From assembly GCA_012103315.1 (NCBI GenBank), contig WLWZ01000004.1:99881-163880 (forward strand): DNA of 64,000 nucleotides, read 5' to 3'. A model generated the notes under the pieces. It was not told the origin of the DNA. It made no database searches and worked only from the letters and a program-made list of their open reading frames with translations. This stretch comes from Alphaproteobacteria bacterium (GTDB lineage: Bacteria > Pseudomonadota > Alphaproteobacteria > MPNO01 > UBA2964). The position numbers were made by a program, and so were the translations under genes. This document shows, one piece after another, positions 21,813 to 32,638 of the stretch. Position 1 is the stretch's first letter; each line of letters starts with the position of its first letter.

Positions 21813-22744
21813 TGGCGCGGAAACGACGCGGCCAACCAATTCATGGTTGGATTTCAATTGATAAACCATCGGGACGCACATCTGCGCAAGTAACTGCACA
21901 AGTTCGCCGTCTGCTCGATGCAGCGAAGGCGGGACATGGCGGAACGTTAGACCCGATTGCAACGGGAGTCCTTCCAATCGCATTGGGCGAGGCCACAAAA
22001 ACGGTCTCCTATGTCATGGATGGTATCAAACGCTATCGGTTCACCGTGTGCTGGGGCGAAGAACGGACCACGGATGATCTTGAAGGAGATGTCACGGCAA
22101 TAAGCGAGATTCGACCAATTGAAGCAGACATAGTGTCTGTTTTGCCAGAATTCATCGGCGATATCGAACAGGTTCCACCAGACTTTTCCGCGATTAAACT
22201 CGGCGGCAAACGCGCTTATGATTTAGCGCGTGCGGGAGAACAGGTCACGATTGCGAAACGCCAGGTCCATATAGAAGAGTTTGCCCTGGTTTCTCAACCC
22301 GATATAGACCATGCCGTCTTTGAGGTTATGAGCGGCAAAGGCACCTATATGCGGAGCCTGGCACGCGATATTGCGCGTCGTTTGGGGACGGTTGGCCACA
22401 TTTCTGAACTCCGTAGAATCTGCTGCGGACCCTTTTTAGAAACAGCTTCGATTTCGCTGGAAACTCTTGAAACTCTGGTGCATAGTGCGCCGCCTTCCGA
22501 CTACCTGCTTGCGGTTGAGACCGCGCTGGACGACATCCCGGCGCTGGCCTTGAACGAAGCTCAGGCCGATCACCTAAGACATGGGCGACCGGTACGAGTT
22601 CAGGATTCGGGGGGACGTTCCTTTGTAGAGACTGGTTCGCTGGTTGAAGGGGATGTGCTGTGTGCCATGGCTGATGGTCAGCCGGTGGCACTGGCCCGGT
22701 TCGCCGATGGAGAAATCCGTGCGGTCCGGGTCTTGAACATTTAG
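21812..22744 (+). CDS. truB: tRNA pseudouridine(55) synthase
   Basis: KAGHGGTLDP.ATGVL and GKGTYMRSLARD motifs. Confidence 0.97.
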   Translation: MARKRRGQPIHGWISIDKPSGRTSAQVTAQVRRLLDAAKAGHGGTLDPIATGVLPIALGEATKTVSYVMDGIKRYRFTVCWGEERTTDDLEGDVTAISEIRPIEADIVSVLPEFIGDIEQVPPDFSAIKLGGKRAYDLARAGEQVTIAKRQVHIEEFALVSQPDIDHAVFEVMSGKGTYMRSLARDIARRLGTVGHISELRRICCGPFLETASISLETLETLVHSAPPSDYLLAVETALDDIPALALNEAQADHLRHGRPVRVQDSGGRSFVETGSLVEGDVLCAMADGQPVALARFADGEIRAVRVLNI

Positions 22745-22759
22745 ACATAGGAGAAAACG

Positions 22760-23029
22760 ATGTCGATTACGCAAGAGCGCAAGAGTGAGCTCATTAAAGA
22801 ATATCGTCAAAGTGATGACGATACAGGTTCCCCTGAGGTGCAGGTTTCGATCTTAACAGAACGGATTAACAACCTTACTGAACATCTCAAGGAGCACAAA
22901 AAAGACCATCATTCGCGTCGAGGCCTACTGATTATGGTCGGTCAACGCCGTAGTTTGCTGGACTATCTAAATCGTAAAAATTTAGCGCGGTATCAGGATT
23001 TGATTAAGCGTTTGGGTCTGCGTCGCTAA
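22760..23029 (+). CDS. rpsO: 30S ribosomal protein S15
   Basis: DTGSPEVQV and [11 protein letters not shown] motifs. Confidence 0.98.
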   Translation: MSITQERKSELIKEYRQSDDDTGSPEVQVSILTERINNLTEHLKEHKKDHHSRRGLLIMVGQRRSLLDYLNRKNLARYQDLIKRLGLRR

Positions 23030-23080
23030 AAGCGTCGTAGTGACCTAGTTGGTTCATCCGGCAGGGGCCGGGTGGCTGAT

Positions 23081-23111
23081 GTTATCCATGTGACAAGGTC
23101 TCATGGATAAC
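23081..23111 (+). promoter_or_regulatory. Stem-loop in the rpsO-pnp intergenic leader
   Basis: GTTATCCATG ... CATGGATAAC, perfect 10-bp arms. Confidence 0.5.
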
Positions 23112-23191
23112 AGGAAGCAGGGCAAATGGGCTGCTGCTTCGAGGTTGGCGCGCATCTGGCGTCGTCAATCCGCAAGGAAGGAATGGAATAC

Positions 23192-25330
23192 ATGTTTTCC
23201 GTACATCGAAAAGAAGTGATGTGGGGCGGGCGCAAGCTCGTCTTTGAAACGGGCAAAGTCGCCCGTCAGGCCGATGGCGCCGTTATGGTGACCTATGGCG
23301 ATACCATGGTGTTATGCACTGCGGTTGCGCAAAAAGCGCCAAAGCCGGGAATTGATTTTTTCCCGCTTACCGTCAACTACCAGGAAAAGACATTTGCTGC
23401 CGGTAAAATACCGGGTGGCTTTTTCAAGCGTGAAGGGCGTCCGAATGAAAAGGAAACGCTGACGTCACGATTGATTGACCGGCCGATCCGGCCGCTATTT
23501 GCGAAGGGCTTTCAGAACGAGACGCAGGTTATCTGCACCGTCTTGAGCCATGATCTGGAAAATGATCCGGATGTCGTTTCGTTGGTTGGTGCTTCTGCGG
23601 CGCTTACGATTTCGGGCATTCCTTTTATGGGCCCGATTGGCGGCGCGCGCGTTGGCTATATTGATGGCGAATTTGCGCTGAACCCTCTGCCTGAAGATCT
23701 AGAGAAATCAGATCTCGACATGGTTGTTGCCGGTACGCCTGACGCTGTGCTGATGGTGGAGTCAGAAGCGAGCGAGCTTTCCGAAGACACCATGCTGGGC
23801 GCTGTGATGTTTGCACATCGCGAGTTCCAGCCGGTTATCCAGGCAATTATCGAGTTGGCCGAAGAGTGTGCCAAGGAACCTTGGGATGTTCCCGAGCCGG
23901 CCCCTGAAAAGGCCGAGCTTGCAGCCAAGCTCAAAGATGTTGCCGAAGAAAGTATTCGGGAAGCCTATTCGGAGACTGTTAAACAGGCGCGCGTTGAGAA
24001 GATCTCGGCTGCTAAAGCAGCTGCGGTTGAAGCGCTGGATGTTGATGAAAGTTCTGAGAAGTTGCTCGGTGGATTGCTTAAGGATCTTGAAAAAGACGTG
24101 GTTCGTGGCAACATTCTGGATACTGGAAATCGGATCGATGGACGCGATACCAAGACGGTTCGTCCCATTGAAGCGGAAGTAGGTATTTTGCCGCGGTCGC
24201 ATGGTAGTGCGTTATTTACCCGTGGCGAAACGCAGTCATTGTGTGTTGCGACGCTTGGCACCGGACAGGATGAGCAGATCATTGATGCCCTCGAAGGTGA
24301 GTATCGGGAAAACTTCATGCTGCATTACAACTTCCCACCTTACTCGGTCGGTGAAGCCAGCTTCCTGCGGTCTCCCGGTCGTCGTGAGATCGGCCATGGC
24401 AAGCTGGCCTGGCGTGCCGTGCGGGCCGTTCTCCCGACCAAGGAAGACTTCCCTTACACCATGCGGATCGTGTCTGAAATTACCGAATCCAATGGGTCCT
24501 CTTCGATGGCAACCGTTTGCGGTACATCGCTGTCTTTGATGGATGCCGGTGTGCCAATTGCGCGTCCGGTTGCGGGTATCGCGATGGGTCTTATCAAGGA
24601 AGATCGTGGTTTTGCGGTTCTGTCCGATATTCTCGGTGACGAGGATCATCTCGGCGATATGGACTTCAAGGTTGCCGGTACATCTGAAGGTGTGACGTCG
24701 CTTCAAATGGATATCAAGATCACGGGTATCACAGAAGAGATCATGAAGGTTGCGCTTGATCAGGCATGTGACGGTCGGAATCATATCCTTGGTGAAATGA
24801 ACAAAGCGCTTGAGATGGCACGTGATGATGTCAGCGATAATGCGCCGCGTATCACGACGATGTCAGTGCCTAAGGACAAGATTCGTGATGTCATTGGAAC
24901 TGGCGGTAAAGTCATTCGTGAAATCTGCGAAGTCACCGGTGCCAAGATCGATATCGATGATGATGGTACGATTAAGGTGGCGGCGATTACGGCCGAGGCC
25001 GGTACGGCCGCTCTTGACTGGATCAAGGGTATCGTTGCGGAACCTGAAGTTGGCACCATCTATGAAGGCAAGGTTGTGAAGGTTGTCGATTTTGGCGCCT
25101 TTGTGAACTTCCTCGGCGCCAAAGACGGGCTGGTTCATATCAGTGAACTCGCCCCGCAACGGGTTGGTAAAGTGACTGACATCGTCAATGAAGGTGACCA
25201 GGTTAAGGTCAAAGTCCTTGCTGTTGATGACCGTGGTAAGGTCAAACTCAGTATGAAAGTTGTCGATCAGGAAACCGGTGAAGAAATCAGCGGTAAGCCA
25301 AAAGAAGAGGCTCCTGCAGCGGACGCTTAA
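23192..25330 (+). CDS. pnp: Polyribonucleotide nucleotidyltransferase (PNPase)
   Basis: [18 protein letters not shown] and [12 protein letters not shown] motifs; KH and S1 domains; start 23183 or 23192. Confidence 0.98.
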   Translation: MFSVHRKEVMWGGRKLVFETGKVARQADGAVMVTYGDTMVLCTAVAQKAPKPGIDFFPLTVNYQEKTFAAGKIPGGFFKREGRPNEKETLTSRLIDRPIRPLFAKGFQNETQVICTVLSHDLENDPDVVSLVGASAALTISGIPFMGPIGGARVGYIDGEFALNPLPEDLEKSDLDMVVAGTPDAVLMVESEASELSEDTMLGAVMFAHREFQPVIQAIIELAEECAKEPWDVPEPAPEKAELAAKLKDVAEESIREAYSETVKQARVEKISAAKAAAVEALDVDESSEKLLGGLLKDLEKDVVRGNILDTGNRIDGRDTKTVRPIEAEVGILPRSHGSALFTRGETQSLCVATLGTGQDEQIIDALEGEYRENFMLHYNFPPYSVGEASFLRSPGRREIGHGKLAWRAVRAVLPTKEDFPYTMRIVSEITESNGSSSMATVCGTSLSLMDAGVPIARPVAGIAMGLIKEDRGFAVLSDILGDEDHLGDMDFKVAGTSEGVTSLQMDIKITGITEEIMKVALDQACDGRNHILGEMNKALEMARDDVSDNAPRITTMSVPKDKIRDVIGTGGKVIREICEVTGAKIDIDDDGTIKVAAITAEAGTAALDWIKGIVAEPEVGTIYEGKVVKVVDFGAFVNFLGAKDGLVHISELAPQRVGKVTDIVNEGDQVKVKVLAVDDRGKVKLSMKVVDQETGEEISGKPKEEAPAADA

Positions 25331-25366
25331 TCGATTGCCGGTTGTTTTCCGGCACTAGAAAAGATC

Positions 25367-25405
25367 AGGGCAGTACCTTCGATTTGAGGGTGCTGCCCTT
25401 TTTTT
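25367..25405 (+). terminator. Rho-independent terminator after pnp
   Basis: AGGGCAGTACCTTC-GATTT-GAGGGTGCTGCCCT plus a T-run. Confidence 0.8.
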
Positions 25406-25613
25406 CGCCTAATTTTTGAGTTTTATCGAAAAAACTTGCTCCCGGGGCTGGTCAATTCGAATTCGCTTCATATAAAGACTAAGTAGAAGGGGTAACGTCC
25501 GCTATGTCGGCAGACCTGTCACGACCGTTTTCTTTAAAAAGCGATCCGGACGGTTTTTTGGGCATGTCTGGACGTTATTCTAATTGGGTATTTTGATGAG
25601 GATCGCGACCCCA

Positions 25614-26135
25614 ATGAGTGTGATGGAGCGCAGTAGTTTTACATATGATGACTTGATCGATTGCGGTCATGGGAAGCTGTTTGGCGAAGGGAACGCCCAA
25701 CTGCCCTTGCCGCCAATGTTGATGTTCGATCGGATCACTCATATTTCGGAAGATGGCGGGGAATTTGGCAAAGGCGAAGTGGTCGCCGAGTTCGATATAA
25801 AGCCGGATCTTTGGTTTTTCCCGTGTCATTTTGAAGGCGATCCGGTTATGCCCGGATGTCTTGGGCTTGATGCACTTTGGCAGCTGGTTGGTTTCCATCT
25901 TGGTTGGATGGGTGACCAGGGGCGCGGGCGCGCCCTTGGGCTGGGCGGATTAAAATTCAATGGCCAGGTGACGCCGGATGCGAAGCTGGTGACCTATCGG
26001 ATCGATGTGAAGCGGGTGTTGCGCAGAGGATTTGCCATTAGTATTGCCAACGGCTCATTGGACGTTGATGGCCAGACGGTATACGAGGCGCAGGATTTAC
26101 GGGTCGGGGTCTTTACCTCTACCGATCAAATGTGA
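25614..26135 (+). CDS. fabA: 3-hydroxyacyl-ACP dehydratase/isomerase
   Basis: [12 protein letters not shown] and [21 protein letters not shown] motifs. Confidence 0.96.
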   Translation: MSVMERSSFTYDDLIDCGHGKLFGEGNAQLPLPPMLMFDRITHISEDGGEFGKGEVVAEFDIKPDLWFFPCHFEGDPVMPGCLGLDALWQLVGFHLGWMGDQGRGRALGLGGLKFNGQVTPDAKLVTYRIDVKRVLRRGFAISIANGSLDVDGQTVYEAQDLRVGVFTSTDQM

Positions 26136-26142
26136 GGATGCT

Positions 26143-27366
26143 ATGAAGCGAGTGGCGGTAACCGGACTTGGGATTGTCTCCAGTCTTGGGAATAACAAAG
26201 ATGAAGTAACGGCGTCTCTGCGGGACGGCAAATCTGGTATTTCCTTCGCGCCTGAATATGCAGAGCGTGGATTTCGGAGCCATGTCCATGGCGCACCGAC
26301 GATTGATCTAAACGACCATGTTGATCGTAAGCAGCGGCGCTTTATGGGCGATGGCGCAGCTTATAATTATGTGGCGATGGATCAGGCTATTGCAGATGCT
26401 GGCCTTGAGGAAAATGAGGTTTCTCATGACCGGACAGGGCTCATTATGGGTTCTGGTGGACCGTCGACTAAAAACTTGTTAATTGCGTTCGACACTGCGC
26501 GTAACTCAAGCGCGAAGAAGGTAGGTCCCTTCATGGTGCCGCGGACAATGTCGAGCACCAACTCGGCGACATTGGCAACGGCGTTTAAGATCAAGGGCGT
26601 GAATTATTCGATTAGTTCTGCTTGTGCGACGAGCGCGCATTGTATTGGTAATGCCGCTGAACTTATCCAGCTTGGAAAACAGGATGTCGTCTTTGCTGGC
26701 GGTGGTGAAGAGCTCGACTGGACCATGACGGTTCTGTTCGATGCGATGCCAGCACTTTCCGGTGGTTATAATGATACGCCTGATAAAGCGTCTCGTCCGT
26801 TTGATGCGAATCGTGACGGCTTTGTGATCGCTGGCGGCGGCGGCGTTGTTGTGTTGGAAGAGCTGGAGCATGCGAAGGCACGTGGTGCAAAAATCTACGC
26901 GGAATTTGCTGGTTATGGCGCGACGTCTGATGGTTATGACATGGTCCAGCCTTCCGGTGAGGGCGCCGTACGGTGCATGAACATGGCGCTGCAAGGGGTC
27001 GATTCGGTTGATTATATCAACACCCATGGTACTTCGACGCCGGTTGGCGATGTAAAAGAACTGGCGGCGCTGCGTACAGTGTTCGGTGAACGCAACAGGA
27101 TTCCGGCTTTTAATTCGACGAAATCCCTGGCGGGCCATTCTCTTGGCGCTACCGGTGCCCATGAAGCGATCTACACCTTGTTGATGATGGAGAACAAATT
27201 TATTTCCGCGTCCGCCAACGTTGAAAATGTCGATCCAGAAGTGGGTGATATGCCGCTTGTGACGGAACGTCAGGACAATGTTGAGATCAATTGCGCTCTC
27301 TCCAACAGTTTTGGGTTTGGTGGCACCAATGCGTCGCTGGCGTTTAAATCCCTGCAGGACGGTTGA
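26143..27366 (+). CDS. fabB: Beta-ketoacyl-ACP synthase I
   Basis: [26 protein letters not shown] and SNSFGFGG motifs. Confidence 0.95.
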   Translation: MKRVAVTGLGIVSSLGNNKDEVTASLRDGKSGISFAPEYAERGFRSHVHGAPTIDLNDHVDRKQRRFMGDGAAYNYVAMDQAIADAGLEENEVSHDRTGLIMGSGGPSTKNLLIAFDTARNSSAKKVGPFMVPRTMSSTNSATLATAFKIKGVNYSISSACATSAHCIGNAAELIQLGKQDVVFAGGGEELDWTMTVLFDAMPALSGGYNDTPDKASRPFDANRDGFVIAGGGGVVVLEELEHAKARGAKIYAEFAGYGATSDGYDMVQPSGEGAVRCMNMALQGVDSVDYINTHGTSTPVGDVKELAALRTVFGERNRIPAFNSTKSLAGHSLGATGAHEAIYTLLMMENKFISASANVENVDPEVGDMPLVTERQDNVEINCALSNSFGFGGTNASLAFKSLQDG

Positions 27367-27380
27367 TAGCGGAATAGCAA

Positions 27381-28190
27381 ATGTCTGATTCAAGTTTGAT
27401 GCGGGGAAAGCGCGGGCTGGTGCTCGGCGTGGCAAATGACCACTCTATCGCGTGGGGAATTGCCAGCGCAGTCGCGGCTCATGGTGCCGAGCTTGCCTTC
27501 ACCTATCAGGGAGAGGGGTTTGCGAAGCGCGTTGCACCGCTTGCGGAATCGGTCGAATCGAGCATTGTTCTGCCCTGCGACGTTAGTGATGATGCCAGTA
27601 TCGATGCTGTTTTTTCGGAAATTGAAAAGGAATGGGGTGGCCTCGATTTTTTGGTTCACTCGGTGGCTTATTCTGACAAGGAGGAGTTGTCCGGCCGTTA
27701 TGTCGACACGACCCGGGATAACTTCAAACTAACCCTCGATATATCCTGTTTTTCCTTTACGACAATTGCACAGCGCGCTGCAGCGTTGATGTCGGAAGGT
27801 GGTAGTCTCGTTACCCTCACCTATTCTGGCGCTGAACGCGTTATGCCCAATTACAACGTAATGGGTGTTGCGAAAGCCGCTCTGGAAGCCAGCGTCAAAT
27901 ATTTAGCGGTGGATCTTGGTGCAGATGACGTTCGGGTGAATGCGATTTCTGCTGGGCCGATGCGGACTTTGGCAGGCAGTGCAGTTGGTGGTGCGCGCCA
28001 AGTCTATAAATGGAATGAAGAATATTCGCCGTTGCGGAAAAATACGCAGCTAGAGGATGTTGGCGGCGCTGGCCTCTATCTTTTGAGCGATCTCTCAGCC
28101 GGAATTACAGGTGAGATTATGCATGTCGATTCTGGTTATAATGTCGTCGGTGTACCCGACTTGCTGCGCCATCGAAAAAAAGACTCCTAG
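27381..28190 (+). CDS. fabI: Enoyl-ACP reductase (NADH)
   Basis: GVANDHSIAWGIA and YNVMGVAKAALE motifs. Confidence 0.95.
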   Translation: MSDSSLMRGKRGLVLGVANDHSIAWGIASAVAAHGAELAFTYQGEGFAKRVAPLAESVESSIVLPCDVSDDASIDAVFSEIEKEWGGLDFLVHSVAYSDKEELSGRYVDTTRDNFKLTLDISCFSFTTIAQRAAALMSEGGSLVTLTYSGAERVMPNYNVMGVAKAALEASVKYLAVDLGADDVRVNAISAGPMRTLAGSAVGGARQVYKWNEEYSPLRKNTQLEDVGGAGLYLLSDLSAGITGEIMHVDSGYNVVGVPDLLRHRKKDS

Positions 28191-28263
28191 TACTCCCCTG
28201 ATTTAGCCGATTTGAGAAGTTTTTTCAGAATCTTCTCTTTTTAACAGTTCCAATCTGAGAAAT

Positions 28264-28707
28264 ATGGCCTATATTTCCAGAATGAACGATAGACCTTTCA
28301 CATATGTAATTGAACTCCTGCATAGCGCGGGCCTTCGGCCGACGCGGCAACGCATGGCCCTTGCCAGACTTCTCTTTGATGAAGGCAATCGGCACGTCAC
28401 AGCGGAAGAGCTTCACCGCGATGCTAAAAAGGCCCGTATCCCGGTGTCATTGGCAACAATTTATAATACGTTGCACCAATTTACGGCGGCAGGATTGTTA
28501 CGTGAAGTCGTCGTTGAGCCTGGTCGCGCCTATTTTGATACCAACCTAGCAAGTCACCATCATTTCTTTTTTGAAGATTCTGGTGAGATCGAAGATATTC
28601 CTGACAATCAGGTGACGATTTCGCAGCTTCCGGATATTCCGGAGGGAACAGAGCTCAATCGTGTTGATGTGGTCGTCCGGGTTGCGGCGCCAAATCGTAA
28701 TGCGTAA
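28264..28707 (+). CDS. irr: Iron response regulator Irr (Fur family)
   Basis: GLRPTRQR.AL..LLF, VSLATIYNTLHQFT and HHHFF motifs; next to the fabAB-fabI genes. Confidence 0.88.
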   Translation: MAYISRMNDRPFTYVIELLHSAGLRPTRQRMALARLLFDEGNRHVTAEELHRDAKKARIPVSLATIYNTLHQFTAAGLLREVVVEPGRAYFDTNLASHHHFFFEDSGEIEDIPDNQVTISQLPDIPEGTELNRVDVVVRVAAPNRNA

Positions 28708-28718
28708 AACGAAATCAG

Positions 28719-28735
28719 TTTAGAATTAATAAAAA
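28719..28735. promoter_or_regulatory. Possible ICE/Irr-box-like operator upstream of rubrerythrin
   Basis: TTTAGAA-TTA-ATAAAAA versus the ICE consensus TTTAGAA-N3-TTCTAAA; only the left half is perfect. Confidence 0.3.
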
Positions 28736-28851
28736 CAGTTGAATAAAAATACATAACGTAATACTTTTTCGTTAGACAATTTCGTCAAAAATTCTAATCG
28801 ACGGCGCTATCTAAAGGGGTCGTTTACTATCAAAGGGAAGAGGAGAGACCG

Positions 28852-29271
28852 ATGCCAGCGTTAAAAGGAACCAAAACCGAGGACAATCTTAAGGCCGCTT
28901 TTGCCGGGGAATCCCAGGCAAACCGCCGCTATCTCTATTTTGCACAAAAGGCTGATGTTGAAGGCTACAACGACGTCGCTGCCGTATTTCGATCAACTGC
29001 CGAAGGCGAGACCGGTCATGCGCACGGCCATCTTGAGTATCTCGAAGAAACTGGCGATCCGGCAACGGGTGAGCCTATCGGCTCCACGGCCAACAATCTG
29101 AAAGCGGCGGTTGCAGGTGAAACCCACGAGTATACCGATATGTATCCCGGTATGGCTCGTGAAGCCCGCGATGAAGGGTTCGATGAAATTGCCAGCTGGT
29201 TCGAAACATTGGCGAAAGCGGAGAAATCCCACGCCGGTCGTTTCCAAAAGGCGTTTGACGAGCTCGACTGA
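28852..29271 (+). CDS. rbr: Short rubrerythrin (no rubredoxin domain)
   Basis: [16 protein letters not shown]; ExxH pairs ETGH and EKSH; ferritin-like di-iron protein. Confidence 0.92.
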   Translation: MPALKGTKTEDNLKAAFAGESQANRRYLYFAQKADVEGYNDVAAVFRSTAEGETGHAHGHLEYLEETGDPATGEPIGSTANNLKAAVAGETHEYTDMYPGMAREARDEGFDEIASWFETLAKAEKSHAGRFQKAFDELD

Positions 29272-29285
29272 GCATCTGAGAATTC

Positions 29286-29311
29286 GGACGGAGGGTGATT
29301 GTCCTCCGTCC
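29286..29311 (+). terminator. Stem-loop between rubrerythrin and the oxidoreductase (partial terminator or mRNA stabiliser)
   Basis: GGACGGAGG-N8-CCTCCGTCC. Confidence 0.5.
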
Positions 29312-29399
29312 AGTTTCCCAATTTCTAATGTTACCAAACCGGGATAGCTTGTATCCTGGAAGCGGTTCTTTGCGGCCTTAGGCCAAAGGCAGGGACACA

Positions 29400-30746
29400 A
29401 TGTCTGAAGGAAGTCTTGAAGCCCCAACCCGGCATCCGATTGACTGGAACAACCCAGACTTTTTTGATAGCGAAAAACTGGATCAGGAATTACGGCGGGT
29501 ATTTGATATTTGTCATGGTTGCCGACGTTGTTTCAATCTTTGCGACTCTTTCCCCAAACTCTTTGATCTTATCGATGATTCTGAAACAGGAGAGCTGGAT
29601 TCAGTTTCGAGCGATGGCTTTAAACCCGTCATAGACGCTTGCACGTTGTGTGACATGTGTTTCATGACGAAGTGCCCTTATGTACCGCCGCATGAATTTA
29701 ACCTCGACTTCCCGCATTTGATGTTGCGCTACCGGGCAATTGAAAATCGTGATGGCGGCATACCTTTTGTACAAAAAGAAGTTTCGAAAACCGACCGCAA
29801 TGGAAAGCTGGCAGCCCCGGTCGCGGGCCTCGCGAACTGGGGAACCAAAACAAATAACGTTTTGACACGTCCTGCGATGCAAGCTGTGGCTGGTATTGAC
29901 AAGAACGCTGTGTTGCCGAAATTTCATGGCAAGACATTTTTAGCGCGGGCAAAGCAAGATGCCCCAGACGTTAACGTGGATGCGCCGGGCATGGGACGCA
30001 AAGCCGTTCTCTACGCCACCTGTTTTGTGAATTATAACAATCCCGATATCGGCGAAGCGGCGCGGAATGTCCTGGCTAAGAACGGTGTCGAAACGGAAGT
30101 CGTTTATCCGCAATGTTGTGGTATGCCCAAGCTCGAACATGGCGACATCGCCGCCGTGGCAAAGAGTGCTGAGGCGGTTGCCCATGAACTGCTGCCTTGG
30201 GTGGACAAGGGGTATGACATCATCGCATTAGTGCCGAGTTGTGCGCTGATGCTGAAATTTGAATGGCCGCTTATCTTGCCAGACAGTGACGATATCAAAC
30301 GCCTGTCTGCGGCGACCCGCGATATCACAGAATATGTCGTTGATATTGCCAGGAACGAAGGTCTCGCTGAGGGTCTCGAACCGGCCGCTGGTGGTGTGAC
30401 CGTTCATTTGGCCTGTCATGCCAGGGCGCAGAATATGGGCCCCAAAGCAGCTGACATGTTGCGGCTTCTGCCGGATACCGACGTCAACGTGATCGAGCGT
30501 TGCTCGGGCCACGGTGGATCTTGGGGTATGATGAAAGAAAATTTTGAAACTGGCATGAAGGTGGGCAAGCCGGTGGCTCGGGATGCTCTTGAAAAACCAA
30601 CTGGTGCCGTTGTTTCAGAGTGTCCGCTTGCTGGCCTACATATCCTGCAGGGAATGGATCGATTGAAGGCTGAAAAAGGCGAAGGGACTGTGCCCGAAAC
30701 AGCTCCCCACCCGATTGAAATCTTGGCAAAAGCCTACGGGTTCTAA
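29400..30746 (+). CDS. Rubrerythrin-associated Fe-S oxidoreductase (GlpC/HdrD-like, CCG domains)
   Basis: CHGCRRCFNLC, CTLCDMCFMTKCP, QCCG, CHAR and CSGH motifs. Confidence 0.85.
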   Translation: MSEGSLEAPTRHPIDWNNPDFFDSEKLDQELRRVFDICHGCRRCFNLCDSFPKLFDLIDDSETGELDSVSSDGFKPVIDACTLCDMCFMTKCPYVPPHEFNLDFPHLMLRYRAIENRDGGIPFVQKEVSKTDRNGKLAAPVAGLANWGTKTNNVLTRPAMQAVAGIDKNAVLPKFHGKTFLARAKQDAPDVNVDAPGMGRKAVLYATCFVNYNNPDIGEAARNVLAKNGVETEVVYPQCCGMPKLEHGDIAAVAKSAEAVAHELLPWVDKGYDIIALVPSCALMLKFEWPLILPDSDDIKRLSAATRDITEYVVDIARNEGLAEGLEPAAGGVTVHLACHARAQNMGPKAADMLRLLPDTDVNVIERCSGHGGSWGMMKENFETGMKVGKPVARDALEKPTGAVVSECPLAGLHILQGMDRLKAEKGEGTVPETAPHPIEILAKAYGF

Positions 30747-30760
30747 AGGAGCGACAGATT

Positions 30761-31345
30761 ATGAAAAATGAAATTCGTCGCGATGATATTATGCCGATGG
30801 CTGAATATGCTGGCGTCAGGCGCGCGCGTGCCAAATCCCTCGCAGAGACCAAGAAGAGTCGTCGTATCGAACTCGGACCATCTTGCACGTTCTACTTCGA
30901 GAGCTACGACACGATGTGGTACCAAATCCACGAAATGCTCTATATCGAAAAAGGCGGCGAAGAACAGATCGCTGGCGAGCTTGTTGCCTACAATCCCTTG
31001 ATTCCGAAAGGTCGCGAGCTTGTCGCAACTGTGATGATCGAGGTCGGCGATCCGGACAGACGGGCTGCGTTACTAGCGAAGCTCGGCGGCTTCGAAGAGA
31101 CGATTACGCTGACCGTGAATGGTGAGATCATTCAAGGTGTTGCTGAGGTCGACGTGGACCGAACTACGGCCGATGGCAAAGCATCATCGGTCCAGTTTCT
31201 GCGCTTCCCGTTTTCTGATACGCAGATTGCAGCCTTTAGCGCAGACAATGCAGATGTCGTGCTCGCAATAGGTCATTCGGAATATCGTCATATGGCGGGT
31301 GTGCCAAACGATGTCAGGGCGTCCTTATCGAAAGATTTTGTCTAA
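30761..31345 (+). CDS. DUF3501 family protein
   Basis: FE.YDT..YQI.EML.IE and YNPLIP motifs; third gene of the rbr cluster. Confidence 0.85.
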   Translation: MKNEIRRDDIMPMAEYAGVRRARAKSLAETKKSRRIELGPSCTFYFESYDTMWYQIHEMLYIEKGGEEQIAGELVAYNPLIPKGRELVATVMIEVGDPDRRAALLAKLGGFEETITLTVNGEIIQGVAEVDVDRTTADGKASSVQFLRFPFSDTQIAAFSADNADVVLAIGHSEYRHMAGVPNDVRASLSKDFV

Positions 31346-31366
31346 CGTTACGGTGTCGGGCCGTGC

Positions 31367-31864
31367 CTATTCAACGAGCGGCATGAGCAAAACAACCGCG
31401 AAGTAATTAGCGCCGAGAACGCCTGCGATCATAAATGTCAGCAGGATAAAGCGGTGCACGTTGGCTTCCATTCTTGACCTCAGCCCATAAACAAGTGTGG
31501 AGAGATTAGAGAGTTTGCCAACGACCTCCTTTATCTTTTCACGTTCGGTCCCCTGCCAGGACTGGAGGATCGCAAGCGAGTAAATGGCGCCTGCGGAAAC
31601 CAGAAAGCTCGCGCAGATCACTGAATTTACCAAGGTGGCACCACTATCGGTTAGGCGGCACGATAGAACCAGCAGTACGAAGAGAACAATTGCTCCCGAC
31701 ATCGCTCGCCACTGGAGATTTTTTGAGAACCGGATATTGTCCTGGGCATCGGCATACAAGGCAATGACCTCTGTATGGGTAGAGTCATCCAAGTTTGACG
31801 GTTCGATTTCAAAGACCTCTTGATCGTCTTCGTCAAACTCTTCCATCGTGTCCGTATTCGCCAT
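31367..31864 (-). CDS. Hypothetical membrane protein (about 3 TM helices, acidic N-terminus)
   Basis: 165-aa ORF with three hydrophobic segments; CtrA-type box upstream. Confidence 0.7.
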   Translation of the reverse strand: MANTDTMEEFDEDDQEVFEIEPSNLDDSTHTEVIALYADAQDNIRFSKNLQWRAMSGAIVLFVLLVLSCRLTDSGATLVNSVICASFLVSAGAIYSLAILQSWQGTEREKIKEVVGKLSNLSTLVYGLRSRMEANVHRFILLTFMIAGVLGANYFAVVLLMPLVE

Positions 31865-31935
31865 GGTTCCGCATCCGTTTGAAACTCGAAAGTCCTGACG
31901 GTCAATTTGTGCCGTCTGCCTATCAGTGGCTGAGC

Positions 31936-31954
31936 ATGGTTAAAAACACGTTAA
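31936..31954 (-). promoter_or_regulatory. CtrA-binding box
   Basis: The minus strand reads TTAA-CGTGTTT-TTAACCAT: a full TTAA-N7-TTAAC site with the extended TTAACCAT half-site. Confidence 0.7.
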
Positions 31955-31985
31955 ACCGAGAGATTGGATAGGAACGACGAGCAGT

Positions 31986-32486
31986 TTATTTCACGGTTTC
32001 CCCGGGGTATACGCCCCAAACCTGATTGTGGCGCATCCACCCGGAGTAGCCCGAGAAATCAATTTTGCACCAGCTAGCATCGCACTTTTTTAGTTTTCCG
32101 ATGACTTTCTTTTCTATACGCGCGATCGCTCGAGCATCCGGTTTGGCATTGCGCCTCAGCGTTTGCTTACCCTTACGAATGATGACCCAACGCTGGCCTG
32201 AGAGCATTGATTTGTGAACCCATCCGACGCCGCCCTGCCATTCACGAATTTTCCGCCAGTTCTCAAACTCGGCAACAATCTCAACAGGCATGTGACGGTA
32301 CATCAATTTCCATTCAATTGGATAACGGATTCCCGGTCCGGTGCGCATATTGACTTCACTGGCTCGCAAAGACACGAACCGTGGCAATGGCAGACCGGTT
32401 TGGGCGACGGCCTGGCCAGTAAGCGTGATCAGAAGAAGTATGATCGCGAATAACCGGCAGTGGTTCGATGATATCGTCAAATTCAT
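31986..32486 (-). CDS. Exported tandem bacterial SH3-domain protein
   Basis: Signal peptide; TGLPLPRFVSL, N.RTGPG..YPI.W and GWVH.SMLSG motifs. Confidence 0.88.
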   Translation of the reverse strand: MNLTISSNHCRLFAIILLLITLTGQAVAQTGLPLPRFVSLRASEVNMRTGPGIRYPIEWKLMYRHMPVEIVAEFENWRKIREWQGGVGWVHKSMLSGQRWVIIRKGKQTLRRNAKPDARAIARIEKKVIGKLKKCDASWCKIDFSGYSGWMRHNQVWGVYPGETVK

Positions 32487-32638
32487 TTATCCAGACAGCA
32501 CCAAGACGAATCAGCGAGCATTATAGGTGCTGGGTGTGGACGGCTCCAGCATTGAACGGCAAGATGCTGCATAATTCTCTGGGGCCAATAGTGAGAGAAT
32601 TAGTTCATTATCGGTCGTGTCATCCAAGTCGGAGTCCA

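Noticed and set aside
26506-27435. 309-aa antisense ORF over fabB
   Set aside because: Shadow ORF of a conserved gene with no recognisable motifs.
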